Part shown: positions 37,888-50,789 of the stretch, one piece after another
Layout: every line of letters starts with the position of its first letter
Position numbering within the stretch: position 1 is the first letter of the stretch
Origin: Octopus bimaculoides
Taxonomy: Eukaryota
Assembly (NCBI RefSeq): GCF_001194135.2
Contig: NC_068986.1
Coordinates: forward strand, 21,013,500 to 21,077,499
Length of the DNA: 64,000 nucleotides
Direction: 5' to 3'
Translations under genes and position numbers: made by a program
The notes under the pieces: model-generated
What the model was told of the DNA's origin: nothing
The model's input: only the letters and a program-made list of their open reading frames with translations
The model's database searches: none

Positions 37888-38351
37888 TTAACTATCTCAA
37901 TCTCCATGTAATCATATGAGTGTTTATTCTTGATTATTAAACTTGTTTTCGGCAACGGATTTCCCCTACATACTTGTCATGAAGATTGATGATACGTCTA
38001 CCATTGCTATTAATCTATCTGCATTTTGTAAATATTTTGTAAATCAAAACGATGCTATGTTATTTACAACGTCCATATATGAAATACATTTGCCAAATTA
38101 TGTCCGTACTATATTATTGGGGTTTACTTTTATTCTTGGGTTCTTTGTACTTTAAATTCAGCATAATATGTGTGTCTGTGTATGTGTCAGTATATCCGAA
38201 TGTTATCTATTGTGATGTTTAATAAATGTTATTATTTCTGCAGTTTGTAAACAAGACCCTACTCGATGTGAGGTAACTCGTCATACGAATAAGGCATATT
38301 AACAATACGCAGTGAACGCGGAAAATCGGCAGAATTGTTATCATGCATTAT

Positions 38352-38736
38352 TTCATTATTATCCACAAGGGGCTAAACATAGAGGGGATAAACAAGGACA
38401 GACAGAGGGATTAAGTCGATTACATCGACCCCAGTGCGTAACTGGTACTTAATTTATCGACCCCGAAAGGATGAAAGGCAAAGTCAACCTCGGCGGAATT
38501 TGAACTCAAAACCTAACGGCAGACGAAATACCGATAATCATTTCGCCCGGCGCTCTAACGTTTCTGCCAGCTCGCCGGATAAAATGCTTAGCAGCATTGC
38601 TTCCGGTTCTTTATGTTCTAAGTTCAAATGCAACCGAGCTCGATTTTGCTTTTCTTCCTTTCAGGAGCGATAAAATAAGTACCAGTTGAGCGCGGAGGTT
38701 GGTGTAATCGGCTTCCCCTCCCCTCAGAAATTGATG
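38352..38736. mobile_element. Head-to-head pair of family M SINEs (minus 38352-38578, plus 38579-38736)
   Basis: The minus copy carries the alternative tail. The plus copy lacks the A box and runs into the gap. Confidence 0.85.
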
Positions 38737-38968
38737 NNNNNNNNNNNNNNNNNNNNNNNNNNNNNNNNNNNNNNNNNNNNNNNNNNNNNNNNNNNNNNNN
38801 NNNNNNNNNNNNNNNNNNNNNNNNNNNNNNNNNNNNNNNNNNNNNNNNNNNNNNNNNNNNNNNNNNNNNNNNNNNNNNNNNNNNNNNNNNNNNNNNNNNN
38901 NNNNNNNNNNNNNNNNNNNNNNNNNNNNNNNNNNNNNNNNNNNNNNNNNNNNNNNNNNNNNNNNNNNN

Positions 38969-39070
38969 TGTGCCTGGTATTTATTATATCAGACTCTTTT
39001 GCCGAACCGCTAATTTACGGGAGCGCAAACAAACCAAGACAAACTAGTGGTGGTGGTGGGGGGGAGACAA

Positions 39071-39127
<57 letters not shown>

Positions 39128-39290
39128 CGATGGGCTTCACACAGTTTCCGTCAATGAAATTCACTCACTAGGCATTGGTCGGCATGTGATTATAGCAGAA
39201 AAGACTTACCCAAGACATCGTACAGTGGAACTAAACCCGAAACCACATGGTTGTAAAGCGAGGTTCTTAACGACACAGCCATGCCTGTGC
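38969..39290 (-). mobile_element. SINE family C, 3' end in the gap
   Basis: Reverse complement of head, CORE-like domain and central (CA)n. Confidence 0.75.
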
Positions 39291-39519
39291 TTATACTGAT
39301 GGTGGTGGTGAGGGTAGCGAATCGTAGTTCTACATTGATCAGGATCCCCAACCGTGTAGAATGTTCATTGTTGAGCCCGTCCTGTGCATTATTCCGTATC
39401 GCTGCTGTTTATGTTTGTTATATCAAAGTAGAAATTTGAAGCATTTTCATTTACATATACTTTCACAGGGTACAAACCCAAATAAATGAAATAACTGAGG
39501 ATATATCTGTTTCATGAGC

Positions 39520-39589
<70 letters not shown>

Positions 39590-40401
39590 NNNNNNNNNNN
39601 NNNNNNNNNNNNNNNNNNNNNNNNNNNNNNNNNNNNNNNNNNNNNNNNNNNNNNNNNNNNNNNNNNNNNNNNNNNNNNNNNNNNNNNNNNNNNNNNNNNN
39701 NNNNNNNNNNNNNNNNNNNNNNNNNNNNNNNNNNNNNNNNNNNNNNNNNNNNNNNNNNNNNNNNNNNNNNNNNNNNNNNNNNNNNNNNNNNNNNNNNNNN
39801 NNNNNNNNNNNNNNNNNNNNNNNNNNNNNNNNNNNNNNNNNNNNNNNNNNNNNNNNNNNNNNNNNNNNNNNNNNNNNNNNNNNNNNNNNNNNNNNNNNNN
39901 NNNNNNNNNNNNNNNNNNNNNNNNNNNNNNNNNNNNNNNNNNNNNNNNNNNNNNNNNNNNNNNNNNNNNNNNNNNNNNNNNNNNNNNNNNNNNNNNNNNN
40001 NNNNNNNNNNNNNNNNNNNNNNNNNNNNNNNNNNNNNNNNNNNNNNNNNNNNNNNNNNNNNNNNNNNNNNNNNNNNNNNNNNNNNNNNNNNNNNNNNNNN
40101 NNNNNNNNNNNNNNNNNNNNNNNNNNNNNNNNNNNNNNNNNNNNNNNNNNNNNNNNNNNNNNNNNNNNNNNNNNNNNNNNNNNNNNNNNNNNNNNNNNNN
40201 NNNNNNNNNNNNNNNNNNNNNNNNNNNNNNNNNNNNNNNNNNNNNNNNNNNNNNNNNNNNNNNNNNNNNNNNNNNNNNNNNNNNNNNNNNNNNNNNNNNA
40301 TTAATTAGTGCTGTTACAACAATGTCTGTGTGAATAAAATAGGACACAGCGAAGGAACATCTCTTTTTTTAATACCAGTTTCTCTCTTCCTCTCCCTCTC
40401 A

Positions 40402-40444
<43 letters not shown>

Positions 40445-40765
40445 TGAGAGAATGAATATAGTTTTGGTGCAATGTACGTATAATGCTAAGAAAAAACTCA
40501 ATGCTGTATGTCGAGTAACATTAGTTATTCCGGAAATTCGGAAATGCTATATAGCCCAGTTAGTGCCAAGTTCATCTCATACACACATACACGTTCACAC
40601 ACACACACAGACACACATATATATATGTATGTGTATGTATACTTATGTACATGTATGTATATATATATAAATATATACCCATACATACATAGGTGTATGC
40701 ATATATTTATTTGTGTTTAAATTTATATATGTGTATGTGTGTACGTATGCTTATGTACATGTATG

Positions 40766-40799
<34 letters not shown>

Positions 40800-40823
40800 C
40801 ACATACAGATATGTATGCATATA

Positions 40824-40860
<37 letters not shown>

Positions 40861-41294
40861 AACAGCGAAAGTGACATTGAAACGGAAGGGCAACCTGAAA
40901 CAAGCCTAATATCAGAATACCACCATGAATGGCAATTAAGCAAATTAGTCAAATTTTGCTAAAATAATTTCAAAAAATTCTACAACAATCATTCCTCTAC
41001 TCATAATTACCTATCAACTAAAAATCTTCGGCGTTCGATCCTGCAAATCCTAACCATCCTATTTATTGTTTATTCTTTAGCAATAATTAAATTAATAAGA
41101 AAATATTGATTCGTTTGGCTTGAACTGGCATTGATAGGTTTGAGCATGTAGTTGTGACATCGAGCAAAGTTTAGAAGTCAACGAGGAATATGAATTAATA
41201 CATTATAGTTGTTTCTATTGGAAAATATAGCACGTGTATCTGACCGTATCGATTACATACAAATCTATATAACATAAAACGTTAACCAGTTGAA

Positions 41295-41409
41295 TCTCAA
41301 AGGATATTACGGTGAAGAGACTGAAGAAACTGCACCGGTGCTATAGTATAATCGCATTTGCAACGGTAACTGACCGATGTAGTCGAAACACGTGTAGGTT
41401 TATTTGAGA
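41295..41409 (+). ncRNA. Degenerate hammerhead with long stem II
   Basis: CTGAAGA(41321-41327)-a-ACTGCA c CGGT...ACCG a TGTAGT-c-GAAA-CACGTG-TA. Stem III is the palindrome ACACGTGT. Proximal stem I is broken; distal TCTCAAA/TTTGAGA pairs. Confidence 0.5.
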
Positions 41410-41481
41410 CTGAATTTATATATAAATGTGAATTAAACGTAATGCTGACGCTACTTCGTCGTCATCCTTAATATTATTATT

Positions 41482-41855
41482 AAGGCAACGAACTGGCCGA
41501 ATCGTTAACACGCAGGACGAAATGCTCAGCGGTATTTCACCTGTCGCTACGTTCTGACTTCAAATTCCACAGAGGGCAACTTTGCCTTTCATCCTTTTGG
41601 GATCAATAAATTAAGTACCAGTCAAGTACTGGGGTAAATATAATCGACTTAATACCCTCCCTCAAGTTGCCCTTGTGGCATAAATTTGAAATCATTATTA
41701 TTATTATTATTATTATTATTAAGGCGGCGAACTGGCAGAATCGTTAGCGCGCCGGACGAAATTCTCAGCGGTATTTCGCCCGTCGCTACGTTTTGAGTTC
41801 AAATTCCACCGAGGTCGACTTTGTTTTTCATCTGTTTGGGGGTCAATAAATTAAG
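41482..41855 (+). mobile_element. Two tandem family M SINEs; the second starts in the (ATT)n tail of the first
   Basis: Copies at 41482-41695 and 41721-41855, the latter cut by the gap. Confidence 0.85.
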
Positions 41856-44316
41856 NNNNNNNNNNNNNNNNNNNNNNNNNNNNNNNNNNNNNNNNNNNNN
41901 NNNNNNNNNNNNNNNNNNNNNNNNNNNNNNNNNNNNNNNNNNNNNNNNNNNNNNNNNNNNNNNNNNNNNNNNNNNNNNNNNNNNNNNNNNNNNNNNNNNN
42001 NNNNNNNNNNNNNNNNNNNNNNNNNNNNNNNNNNNNNNNNNNNNNNNNNNNNNNNNNNNNNNNNNNNNNNNNNNNNNNNNNNNNNNNNNNNNNNNNNNNN
42101 NNNNNNNNNNNNNNNNNNNNNNNNNNNNNNNNNNNNNNNNNNNNNNNNNNNNNNNNNNNNNNNNNNNNNNNNNNNNNNNNNNNNNNNNNNNNNNNNNNNN
42201 NNNNNNNNNNNNNNNNNNNNNNNNNNNNNNNNNNNNNNNNNNNNNNNNNNNNNNNNNNNNNNNNNNNNNNNNNNNNNNNNNNNNNNNNNNNNNNNNNNNN
42301 NNNNNNNNNNNNNNNNNNNNNNNNNNNNNNNNNNNNNNNNNNNNNNNNNNNNNNNNNNNNNNNNNNNNNNNNNNNNNNNNNNNNNNNNNNNNNNNNNNNN
42401 NNNNNNNNNNNNNNNNNNNNNNNNNNNNNNNNNNNNNNNNNNNNNNNNNNNNNNNNNNNNNNNNNNNNNNNNNNNNNNNNNNNNNNNNNNNNNNNNNNNN
42501 NNNNNNNNNNNNNNNNNNNNNNNNNNNNNNNNNNNNNNNNNNNNNNNNNNNNNNNNNNNNNNNNNNNNNNNNNNNNNNNNNNNNNNNNNNNNNNNNNNNN
42601 NNNNNNNNNNNNNNNNNNNNNNNNNNNNNNNNNNNNNNNNNNNNNNNNNNNNNNNNNNNNNNNNNNACACACACACACACACACACACACACATATGTAT
42701 ATATATATATATACACACTTATTTACATGACCGTGATAATAATATTCGATGTCATGTCAACTTTGAAAAAAGAAAATCCATAGAGATGGAATACAGAAAA
42801 CCGAAAAAAAAAAAAGAAAGAGAAGCAAAGACAATCTCGTTAAAAATAAGCAATAGCAGTCGATGGAATACTTGATGGAAACAATAAGTTCCTGTGAATA
42901 GCATCAGGATCGAATTTACACCTGGAATCTGATCAGTTGTTCCGATGTAACATATCGAATTACTTGATTCAAAGCAGATTGATTAGAACTGGTTGGGTGC
43001 GTATTTATTCGCTGGTTTTCCCCAAATATACCGTCAATGTGTCTCTTTTGCTTCTCTTTGTCTTTATGGATTTCATCATTGGAGCTAAATCTTCCTGTTC
43101 ACGGCATTCTTTAGCAAAATGAAATAGTGATCGTTGGCACGGGAACGTTGCCATCACGTGATGTTACTGTATTACTCAAAACAAGTGTATATCATATACT
43201 ACAGGAATATATAGGCACGCATACATACATATATACGCGTGAATGAGTATGCATATAAATAGGTAAACATACACCTACGAATGTGTGTATGTGATAGTGT
43301 GTGTCTATATAAATATGTTTGAAGATATGGGTGTATATATGCATATAAATACACGTATACCTCAATATCTACAAAGATATTTACGCACACACACACATGT
43401 ATGTATAATATATATATTTAAAATATGTATGTATATGCAATTATATATACATTCGTGTGTATACACGTGTGTAATTAAATAGATGTATATATGTTTGTGT
43501 GTATGAGAGAGAGAGAAAGTTTGTACGGCGGAGTGAGTTGTCGGGCAGAATATCTTTTCATTCCACCTATTTGAATTTTCATTCAGTGTTTTGTTCTGAT
43601 AAAATGATGTTAATAAGTATTTCTTGAAATTCCAGTAAGATCTTAGTTTCTGTTTCCTTTCTAATTAAAACTTCTGCTAAGTTATAATAGTAAATCTAGA
43701 TCGGTTGCATTTCAAACTTAGCGGATGGATTATTTCAGATTCTATTTGTAATTAATACTACGCCAATCGAAGTCAAAATTTAGCCAAAAAATAATAAAAT
43801 AAAGAAATAGTTTGTTTCTATGAAACACGGCCCTTTGAAAGGGAATCCCTCATCGAATCATAGGTAGAAAGACAACAAATACATTGCCATCTGTTGTTCG
43901 TTTTTAGACGTAGTGAAGATATTGATATCTACCATCTGCATTCAAATATAATGTAATAATATTGTGGAAGATACGTTACTTGGTATCCGCTGTTTCCATT
44001 CAGTATCTTGGTAAACTGTTTGGAGGTAACGGAATATTTTCTGAGATTCTTCATGTGACTGAAAAATCCATCCACGAGTTGTATCACAATGGCAATGTGA
44101 TTGAATTTTTAGATAATTTATTTGAAGTTGAACAACGCAATGTCCAGGTGTGATGAATCAACGTTACCTGGAAGTATATGGAATAAAATTTTTTTAAAAA
44201 ACAGTGATATGAACTTTGTATAACTTTCTTGGAAATATCTAAAGTTTTTGGGGTGTTCTTTTTGCCTTGGAGAATTATCTTTATATGTGTTGCCACGTTT
44301 TGTAGTATTACAATTA

Positions 44317-44533
44317 CAGTAATCCCTCGACTATCGCGGGTGTTATGTTCCAAAAACACCCGCGATACGTGAAAATCCGTGATGTAGAAACAGTACTGTA
44401 TATTTTTTATTATTGTTTCTATAATTTGTATATATTTATTTTATTATAAATGCAAAACAACACCACGGAGGAATCGACGTAAGCTTAAATAATAAACCGC
44501 GATAGGTGAACCGCGATAAGCGAGGGATTACTC
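44317..44533. mobile_element. pogo/Tigger-like MITE, 217 bp
   Basis: TIRs CAGTAATCCCTCG / CGAGGGATTACTC with TA flanks, and an internal 13-bp hairpin TATCGCGGGTGTT/AACACCCGCGATA. Confidence 0.85.
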
Positions 44534-45949
44534 TATATAAAAGCAACCAAGAAAAACTATGTCAAATACGAAAATAACCCAAAGGTCAAAAATGGTTTTT
44601 AAGTCTGTATCAAATAGAGAAACCTTCAAATATACTTGAAATCAGCAAACGAACTGTCAGACCATACATATATGTACACATATACGCACAGACGTGGGCA
44701 AAGTTGTTTTTGAGGAAGATTTGCAGCTGACCGTGCACACAATTCTCTCGTTTCCACGCAATCAATTTTTATCCAAGAGATAAACTGCTCTCTTTCTTCC
44801 GGAAAGAGAACAATTTTTCTTTAAGGCCCATCTAGCTGGGCACCAATTTCGTCGTAGACGTTCCTGCCAGAGCGCAAAGACCAGAACGGATACGCAAAGC
44901 ATTTTCTTGTACTCACAGTTCTTCTGATCAACGTCTTGGATTAATACTATTTTAGTGACCCCCAAAAGGGTAGGCTGGCGTCAGTTCTACCAATTTACCG
45001 TTTTAACCGAAGAGCTGAAGAATATACTAGACTAGTTATCAATGAGTATTGGCTCGTTTCCTAATTTTTATCGAAAAATCAGAAGTAATGTCCTCAATAG
45101 ACGAAATGGTTACGAGTTTTCTAGGAGAGTTCTGTGAATATCCCATGATGCTTTTCAATTTAATAAAATGATTATACGAATATAGTTTACTTTTGTTCCA
45201 TGTGGCTTTTGTATGGAGAGGAATTGAGCGACCAGATAACATGACGAATTACTAACTCTGAGTTAGTGAATTCAAATATGTTGTCGTTGTTTAATGATGC
45301 GTGTCATGATGTTTTATTGTAGGAAATCACAATTCGCCTATTCAACAACAATTAGAACTGGATCATCTAGGATAGATAGCTACATAAGATTAGAAGCTTA
45401 TCCAAAAAGTGGATTGATTTCATTCGCTACCCTTTATGAAACGAACTAAATCGCAGCCATCAGGTCACCATTAATTATTAAAAGATATTTAAAGATATTT
45501 TCAGAAGACTGTTATTGCTAAACAAATGAATCGTTGGCTAAACATTTTCAAATATGTCACTCTGGACTTAATTAGGGTTAACATATTTACAGTATGGAGT
45601 ATTTAAAAAAGCTAACTCGAAATATTGACACGGCAAGAAAAAACAACAGTCAATGATTATTTTCTCTGCAACTACGAAAGACAGCACCAGATCAATTTCG
45701 GTATTATTCTGACTTCATCAAGGAAGCATGCACTTCACTGTATTGATGAGGAAATTACTAAGTAAATGTAGAATATTCTATACTGATTGACATTGAGAAT
45801 ATATTATCTTTCGATACCATTCGCCTGAAAAAGCAATAATTAAGCTAGCGTTAACATATTTAATTTAAGTAAAATTATGCGCTGTGAAGAAAAAGATATT
45901 GGTCCTAGAATAATATCATTTTGATACTTTCTATAGGTATGACAGACAA

Positions 45950-45990
45950 CTCCTGACATGTTTCAGTCTAATGATTATCATCAGCAAATT
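45950..45990 (-). ncRNA. Hammerhead relic
   Basis: Minus strand: CTGATGA and GAAACATGTC (palindromic ACATGT plus GTC triplet) lie 13 nt apart. Stem II is truncated and stem I is absent. Confidence 0.3.
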
Positions 45991-47384
45991 CCGTTCGGCA
46001 CATTGTAAATAAATTACCTTGCGTACATACAACTCACCGTTGCAAGCAGCGAAAACATTTTTTTAACATTGGCGCTTAATAGTGAATGCTTTAATAACCC
46101 TCAGTATAATGTCCAGCTCTTGCTTGACCAGACTGTCCTGATGACACTGCATGGAAAGGAAATCTTACAACTCAATGATTATCACAGACTTGTCTATTGT
46201 GATTCTATCCTTAATGGTTCGGTAAAAGCTACATTCAGAATGCTTTGTAAATGCATTGTAGAATTTAAACTCCAAAAATACAGATTCACATTTCACTGAC
46301 GCCGACTTTGCCTTTAATCATTCCCATATTATTTAAATTAATATCAGTAATTAGCTTCTAATTAAAGTAGCTAGAAAATAATATTAGTAACAATTATTTA
46401 CTTATAATTATATCGTTTATTATAAGCTCTTATTTTTCACAGCTAATGTGTAACGCTTTCAATCTGCATTTCTTTATACTTTATAAAGCGTACTAATTAT
46501 ACATCTGCCAAGCCCCATAAGGTTTTACAATGGTGTTATTTTAACCTGTATTATTAAACCGTTCGCATGCTGACTATTTTCTCCTAATTAAATTATACTA
46601 TACAATAATTCATAATACATTGATTGCATTTTGGAACAACGTCTTTCGGATGAAATTCTGTAACAAATCAATTGTGACGTACAGGTGTTATGTATTTTCA
46701 ATTTAGGATGATTTTATTTCCATCCAATGATAAAATAAAAACAAAAGCGAAACAAAATGTCGGATTTTATTTCCAAATCAATCACAGTTGAACATGCTTG
46801 CCAAATAGGGAGAAAAAAAAAAGGAAACTCCCTTCTTCAGAAATGAAAGAGAAAATCAAACGTATAGTCAATGAAAACTAATACACGCACGCACGCACGC
46901 ACGCACGCACACATATCATACACGTATTTATATACATATATACATGTGCGTGCGTGAGTATATATAAATACGTATATACCTATACATACACACACACATA
47001 TATATATGTATGCATTTATATACATATTTATACGAATAATTGTGTGTGTGCGCGCGCACTCTGCATACAAGCGTGTAATCATATATGCAAGTATGCAATG
47101 AATAATTCATAATTTTCAAAATGGCGCCAAAATAACATTTTTTTGTTTCTTTGGTGCCAGTCAAAGCCTTTTCCTCATTTCGCGTGAAGTTCGGACGAAA
47201 ACTCATTTTAAAGTAGCCAACATTTTGATGCACGGAGAAAAAAGAGAGGCAGAAAATCGTTTCTATAATTCAGATTTAAAAGAGAAATGATCTTTCATAT
47301 TGTTATAATAATGTCTTCCTTTATTTGCTAATATCGATACAGTTGGCTTCGTTAACATCACTAACAATAGTCATTTTATCTTTT

Positions 47385-47691
47385 GCTTCTTCACTTGTTT
47401 CAGTTATTAGACTGCAGCCATGCGGGGGCAACGAATTGAAGGGTTTACTCGAACAAATTGACCCCAGTACTTGTTTTGTTGTTAGTTTTTTTTTTTAAGT
47501 CTGGTACTTATTCTATCGGTCTTTTGTACCGAGCTGCTAAGTTACGAGAACGTAGACAAACCAATCACATGGTTCCGGGTTCAGTGCCACAGCGTGGCAC
47601 CTTGGGTAAGTGTTTTCTACTATAGCCTCGAGCTGACCAAAGCCCTGAGAGTGGATTTGGGAGATGGAAACTGAAAGCTGTCGGATATATG

Positions 47692-47726
<35 letters not shown>

Positions 47727-48100
47727 AACCACCGCCTGACAGCCGATGTTAGTTATTACGTCCCCGTAAGCTAGTAGTTCAGCAAAATAGATCGATAGAA
47801 TAAGTACCAGGCTTAAACAGTACCGAGGTTGATTCATCTGACTAAAAATTCTTTAAGGTCGTGCCCCAGTATGGCCAGTGTAATGACTTTAGCAATTAAA
47901 AGATGATAGATAGATAGATAGATAGATAGATTTGTACGACAACCTCTATGCATTTTCGTCTGCCAAATTCACTCAAGGAATTGGTCGGCATGAGACTATA
48001 ACAAAAATACTTGTCCAAACGCCACGCAGTGTGACTGAAACTCAAATCTCATTGTTACAAAGTGAGATTCTCAGCCATACACACATATGCCTGCGCCCAG
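47385..48100. mobile_element. Plus-strand family C SINE (47567-47900) nested inside a minus-strand family C SINE
   Basis: Minus-copy 3' half at 47385-47560 and 5' half at 47935-48100 flank the plus copy. Confidence 0.75.
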
Positions 48101-49290
48101 CCATGCTAAAATAAATTTAAAAGAAACGAAAACGATTAAAAGTAAAAAAATTAAGCCGCGCAACTCGTATTATTGGCTTCGTGTCAGTTTTAGTCCGGCC
48201 TATATCATTCTGAAAGTTATTTGCATACTTGTTGCCAATTTGAAAGAATTCTTTCGCCTTATTTGTGACTGTTGACATGCGCGTCTACAGAACACACGGA
48301 AATAGAATCTCTAAACTTACAATACGCTGTTTGCACAGTTGTTTTCTATCCTAAAGGACATCTTAAATATTCCCTAAGGGTCTGCTTTAAAATTAGTTCA
48401 CAAACAATACTGGCACACTGACAGACTTCCGTTTTAAAACACTTATAAATGTTCCACGTTATAGAAGCAATTTGCGAGTCTTATACATATATACGTGTGT
48501 GTGTGAGTGTGTATGTGTACGAATATACATACACACACATTTAACTGACTAAAATATGTGTATATGTGTATAACTACGTATGTACGCATGTATATATACA
48601 CTGGTGCATGGACATGCATACAGGGCTCACATAGATTCATATATATGTGTGTGTGTCTGTATGTGCGTGTAAAGATCTATCTGTGAGTGTACATATATGT
48701 ATGCGCATATATGCCTATGTATGTACATATATACCAACTTTCATTCTTACATAGACACAGATACATGCATACATACGTGTATGTGTGTGTGTGCCTGTGT
48801 GTAGTATTTTTTCGTATCATTCCGATGCTGCGTTCCTTTCTCTTCTCCATCCTTCCAACTAATAGAATAGTTAAATTTTTTTTCTCANNNNNNNNNNNNN
48901 NNNNNNNNNNNNNNNNNNNNNNNNNNNNNNNNNNNNNNNNNNNNNNNNNNNNNNNNNNNNNNNNNNNNNNNNNNNNNNNNNNNNNNNNNNNNNNNNNNNN
49001 NNNNNNNNNNNNNNNNNNNNNNNNNNNNGATGGATGAATGGATAGATAGATAGATAGATACATACATACAGAGATACATACATACAAACAGATATATAGA
49101 TACATACAGAGAGATAGATACATACATACAGACACATATATATAGATACATGCATACAGATACATACATACAGACAGATACATACAGATAGATATATATA
49201 CATACAGATAGACAGATATATAGATAGCACGAATAAGCAAACACTTTTTTCACTGAAGTTATAAACAAGTGCTTCGACTCTTGTAAGGTT

Positions 49291-49370
49291 CATTAGTCCA
49301 GGGGTGCCTCTGGCTGAAGAAGCATAGAGATATCAAAACATCGGTTATCGAAGAGCCCCTTAAACTAATG
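49291..49370 (+). ncRNA. Degenerate hammerhead with long bulged stem I
   Basis: CATTAGT cca GGGG tgc CTCT gg-CTGAAGA-a-GCATA(gaga)TAT-C-AAAAC-ATCG-GTT-atcga AGAG CCCC ttaa ACTAATG. G12 is mutated to A and stem II has a 1-nt deletion, but 15 bp of flanking stem remain. Confidence 0.5.
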
Positions 49371-49496
49371 GATTGAGTGTATTTTGAGCACACATTCGTC
49401 GTAAAGGAGACGTTCTTCTCCTATGACCAAATACAACAGCGATGTGCATAGTCACGTTCGAATCTGCCAGAACGTACAAAGAATATGCAAGTCATC

Positions 49497-49528
<32 letters not shown>

Positions 49529-50741
49529 NNNNNNNNNNNNNNNNNNNNNNNNNNNNNNNNNNNNNNNNNNNNNNNNNNNNNNNNNNNNNNNNNNNNNNNN
49601 NNNNNNNNNNNNNNNNNNNNNNNNNNNNNNNNNNNNNNNNNNNNNNNNNNNNNNNNNNNNNNNNNNNNNNNNNNNNNNNNNNNNNNNNNNNNNNNNNNNN
49701 NNNNNNNNNNNNNNNNNNNNNNNNNNNNNNNNNNNNNNNNNNNNNNNNNNNNNNNNNNNNNNNNNNNNNNNNNNNNNNNNNNNNNNNNNNNNNNNNNNNN
49801 NNNNNNNNNNNNNNNNNNNNNNNNNNNNNNNNNNNNNNNNNNNNNNNNNNNNNNNNNNNNNNNNNNNNNNNNNNNNNNNNNNNNNNNNNNNNNNNNNNNN
49901 NNNNNNNNNNNNNNNNNNNNNNNNNNNNNNNNNNNNNNNNNNNNNNNNNNNNNNNNNNNNNNNNNNNNNNNNNNNNNNNNNNNNNNNNNNNNNNNNNNNN
50001 NNNNNNNNNNNNNNNNNNNNNNNNNNNNNNNNNNNNNNNNNNNNNNNNNNNNNNNNNNNNNNNNNNNNNNNNNNNNNNNNNNNNNNNNNNNNNNNNNNNN
50101 NNNNNNNNNNNNNNNNNNNNNNNNNNNNNNNNNNNNNNNNNNNNNNNNNNNNNNNNNNNNNNNNNNNNNNNNNNNNNNNNNNNNNNNNNNNNNNNNNNNN
50201 NNNNNNNNNNNNNNNNNNNNNNNNNNNNNNNNNNNNNNNNNNNNNNNNNNNNNNNNNNNNNNNNNNNNNNNNNNNNNNNNNNNNNNNNNNNNNNNNNNNN
50301 NNNNNNNNNNNNNNNNNNNNNNNNNNNNNNNNNNNNNNNNNNNNNNNNNNNNNNNNNNNNNNNNNNNNNNNNNNNNNNNNNNNNNNNNNNNNNNNNNNNN
50401 NNNNNNNNNNNNNNNNNNNNNNNNNNNNNNNNNNNNNNNNNNNNNNNNNNNNNNNNNNNNNNNNNNNNNNNNNNNNNNNNNNNNNNNNNNNNNNNNNNNN
50501 NNNNNNNNNNNNNNNNNNNNNNNNNNTATATATATATATATATGCTTGGAATGACTAATTGTAAACGCCATTGGAACTCACACACAAGGTACAGGAAACT
50601 TATATATACACCATTCTGCTTAAATAATGGAACTGCAAATACAATATCCTTACGTATCCAACGTCTATTTTCATTCATCCACTTCACTCTGTATTTCATA
50701 TCTTCTCTATAATAACTATTACTTAAACATTTTCTCCCGCC

Positions 50742-50789
50742 GTCTCTGATGAAGGGATATATCAAATATCCCGGAAACATCTGTAAGAC
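50742..50789 (+). ncRNA. Minimal type I hammerhead ribozyme, Penelope-type, third family
   Basis: GTCT-CTGATGA-a-GGGATAT(atcaa)ATATCCC-g-GAAAC-ATCT-GTA/AGAC. 7-bp stem II and 4-bp stem I, with a possible distal stem AACATTT(50726-50732)/AAATGTT(50801-50807). Confidence 0.75.

Noticed and set aside
43962-44153. 63-aa ORF with weak 24-residue LRR-like spacing (SIQYL / SIHEL / NVQV)
   Set aside because: Key LxxLxLxxN positions are not met, there is an in-frame stop at 43923 with no good acceptor, and the donor is poor. A Pfam search would settle it.
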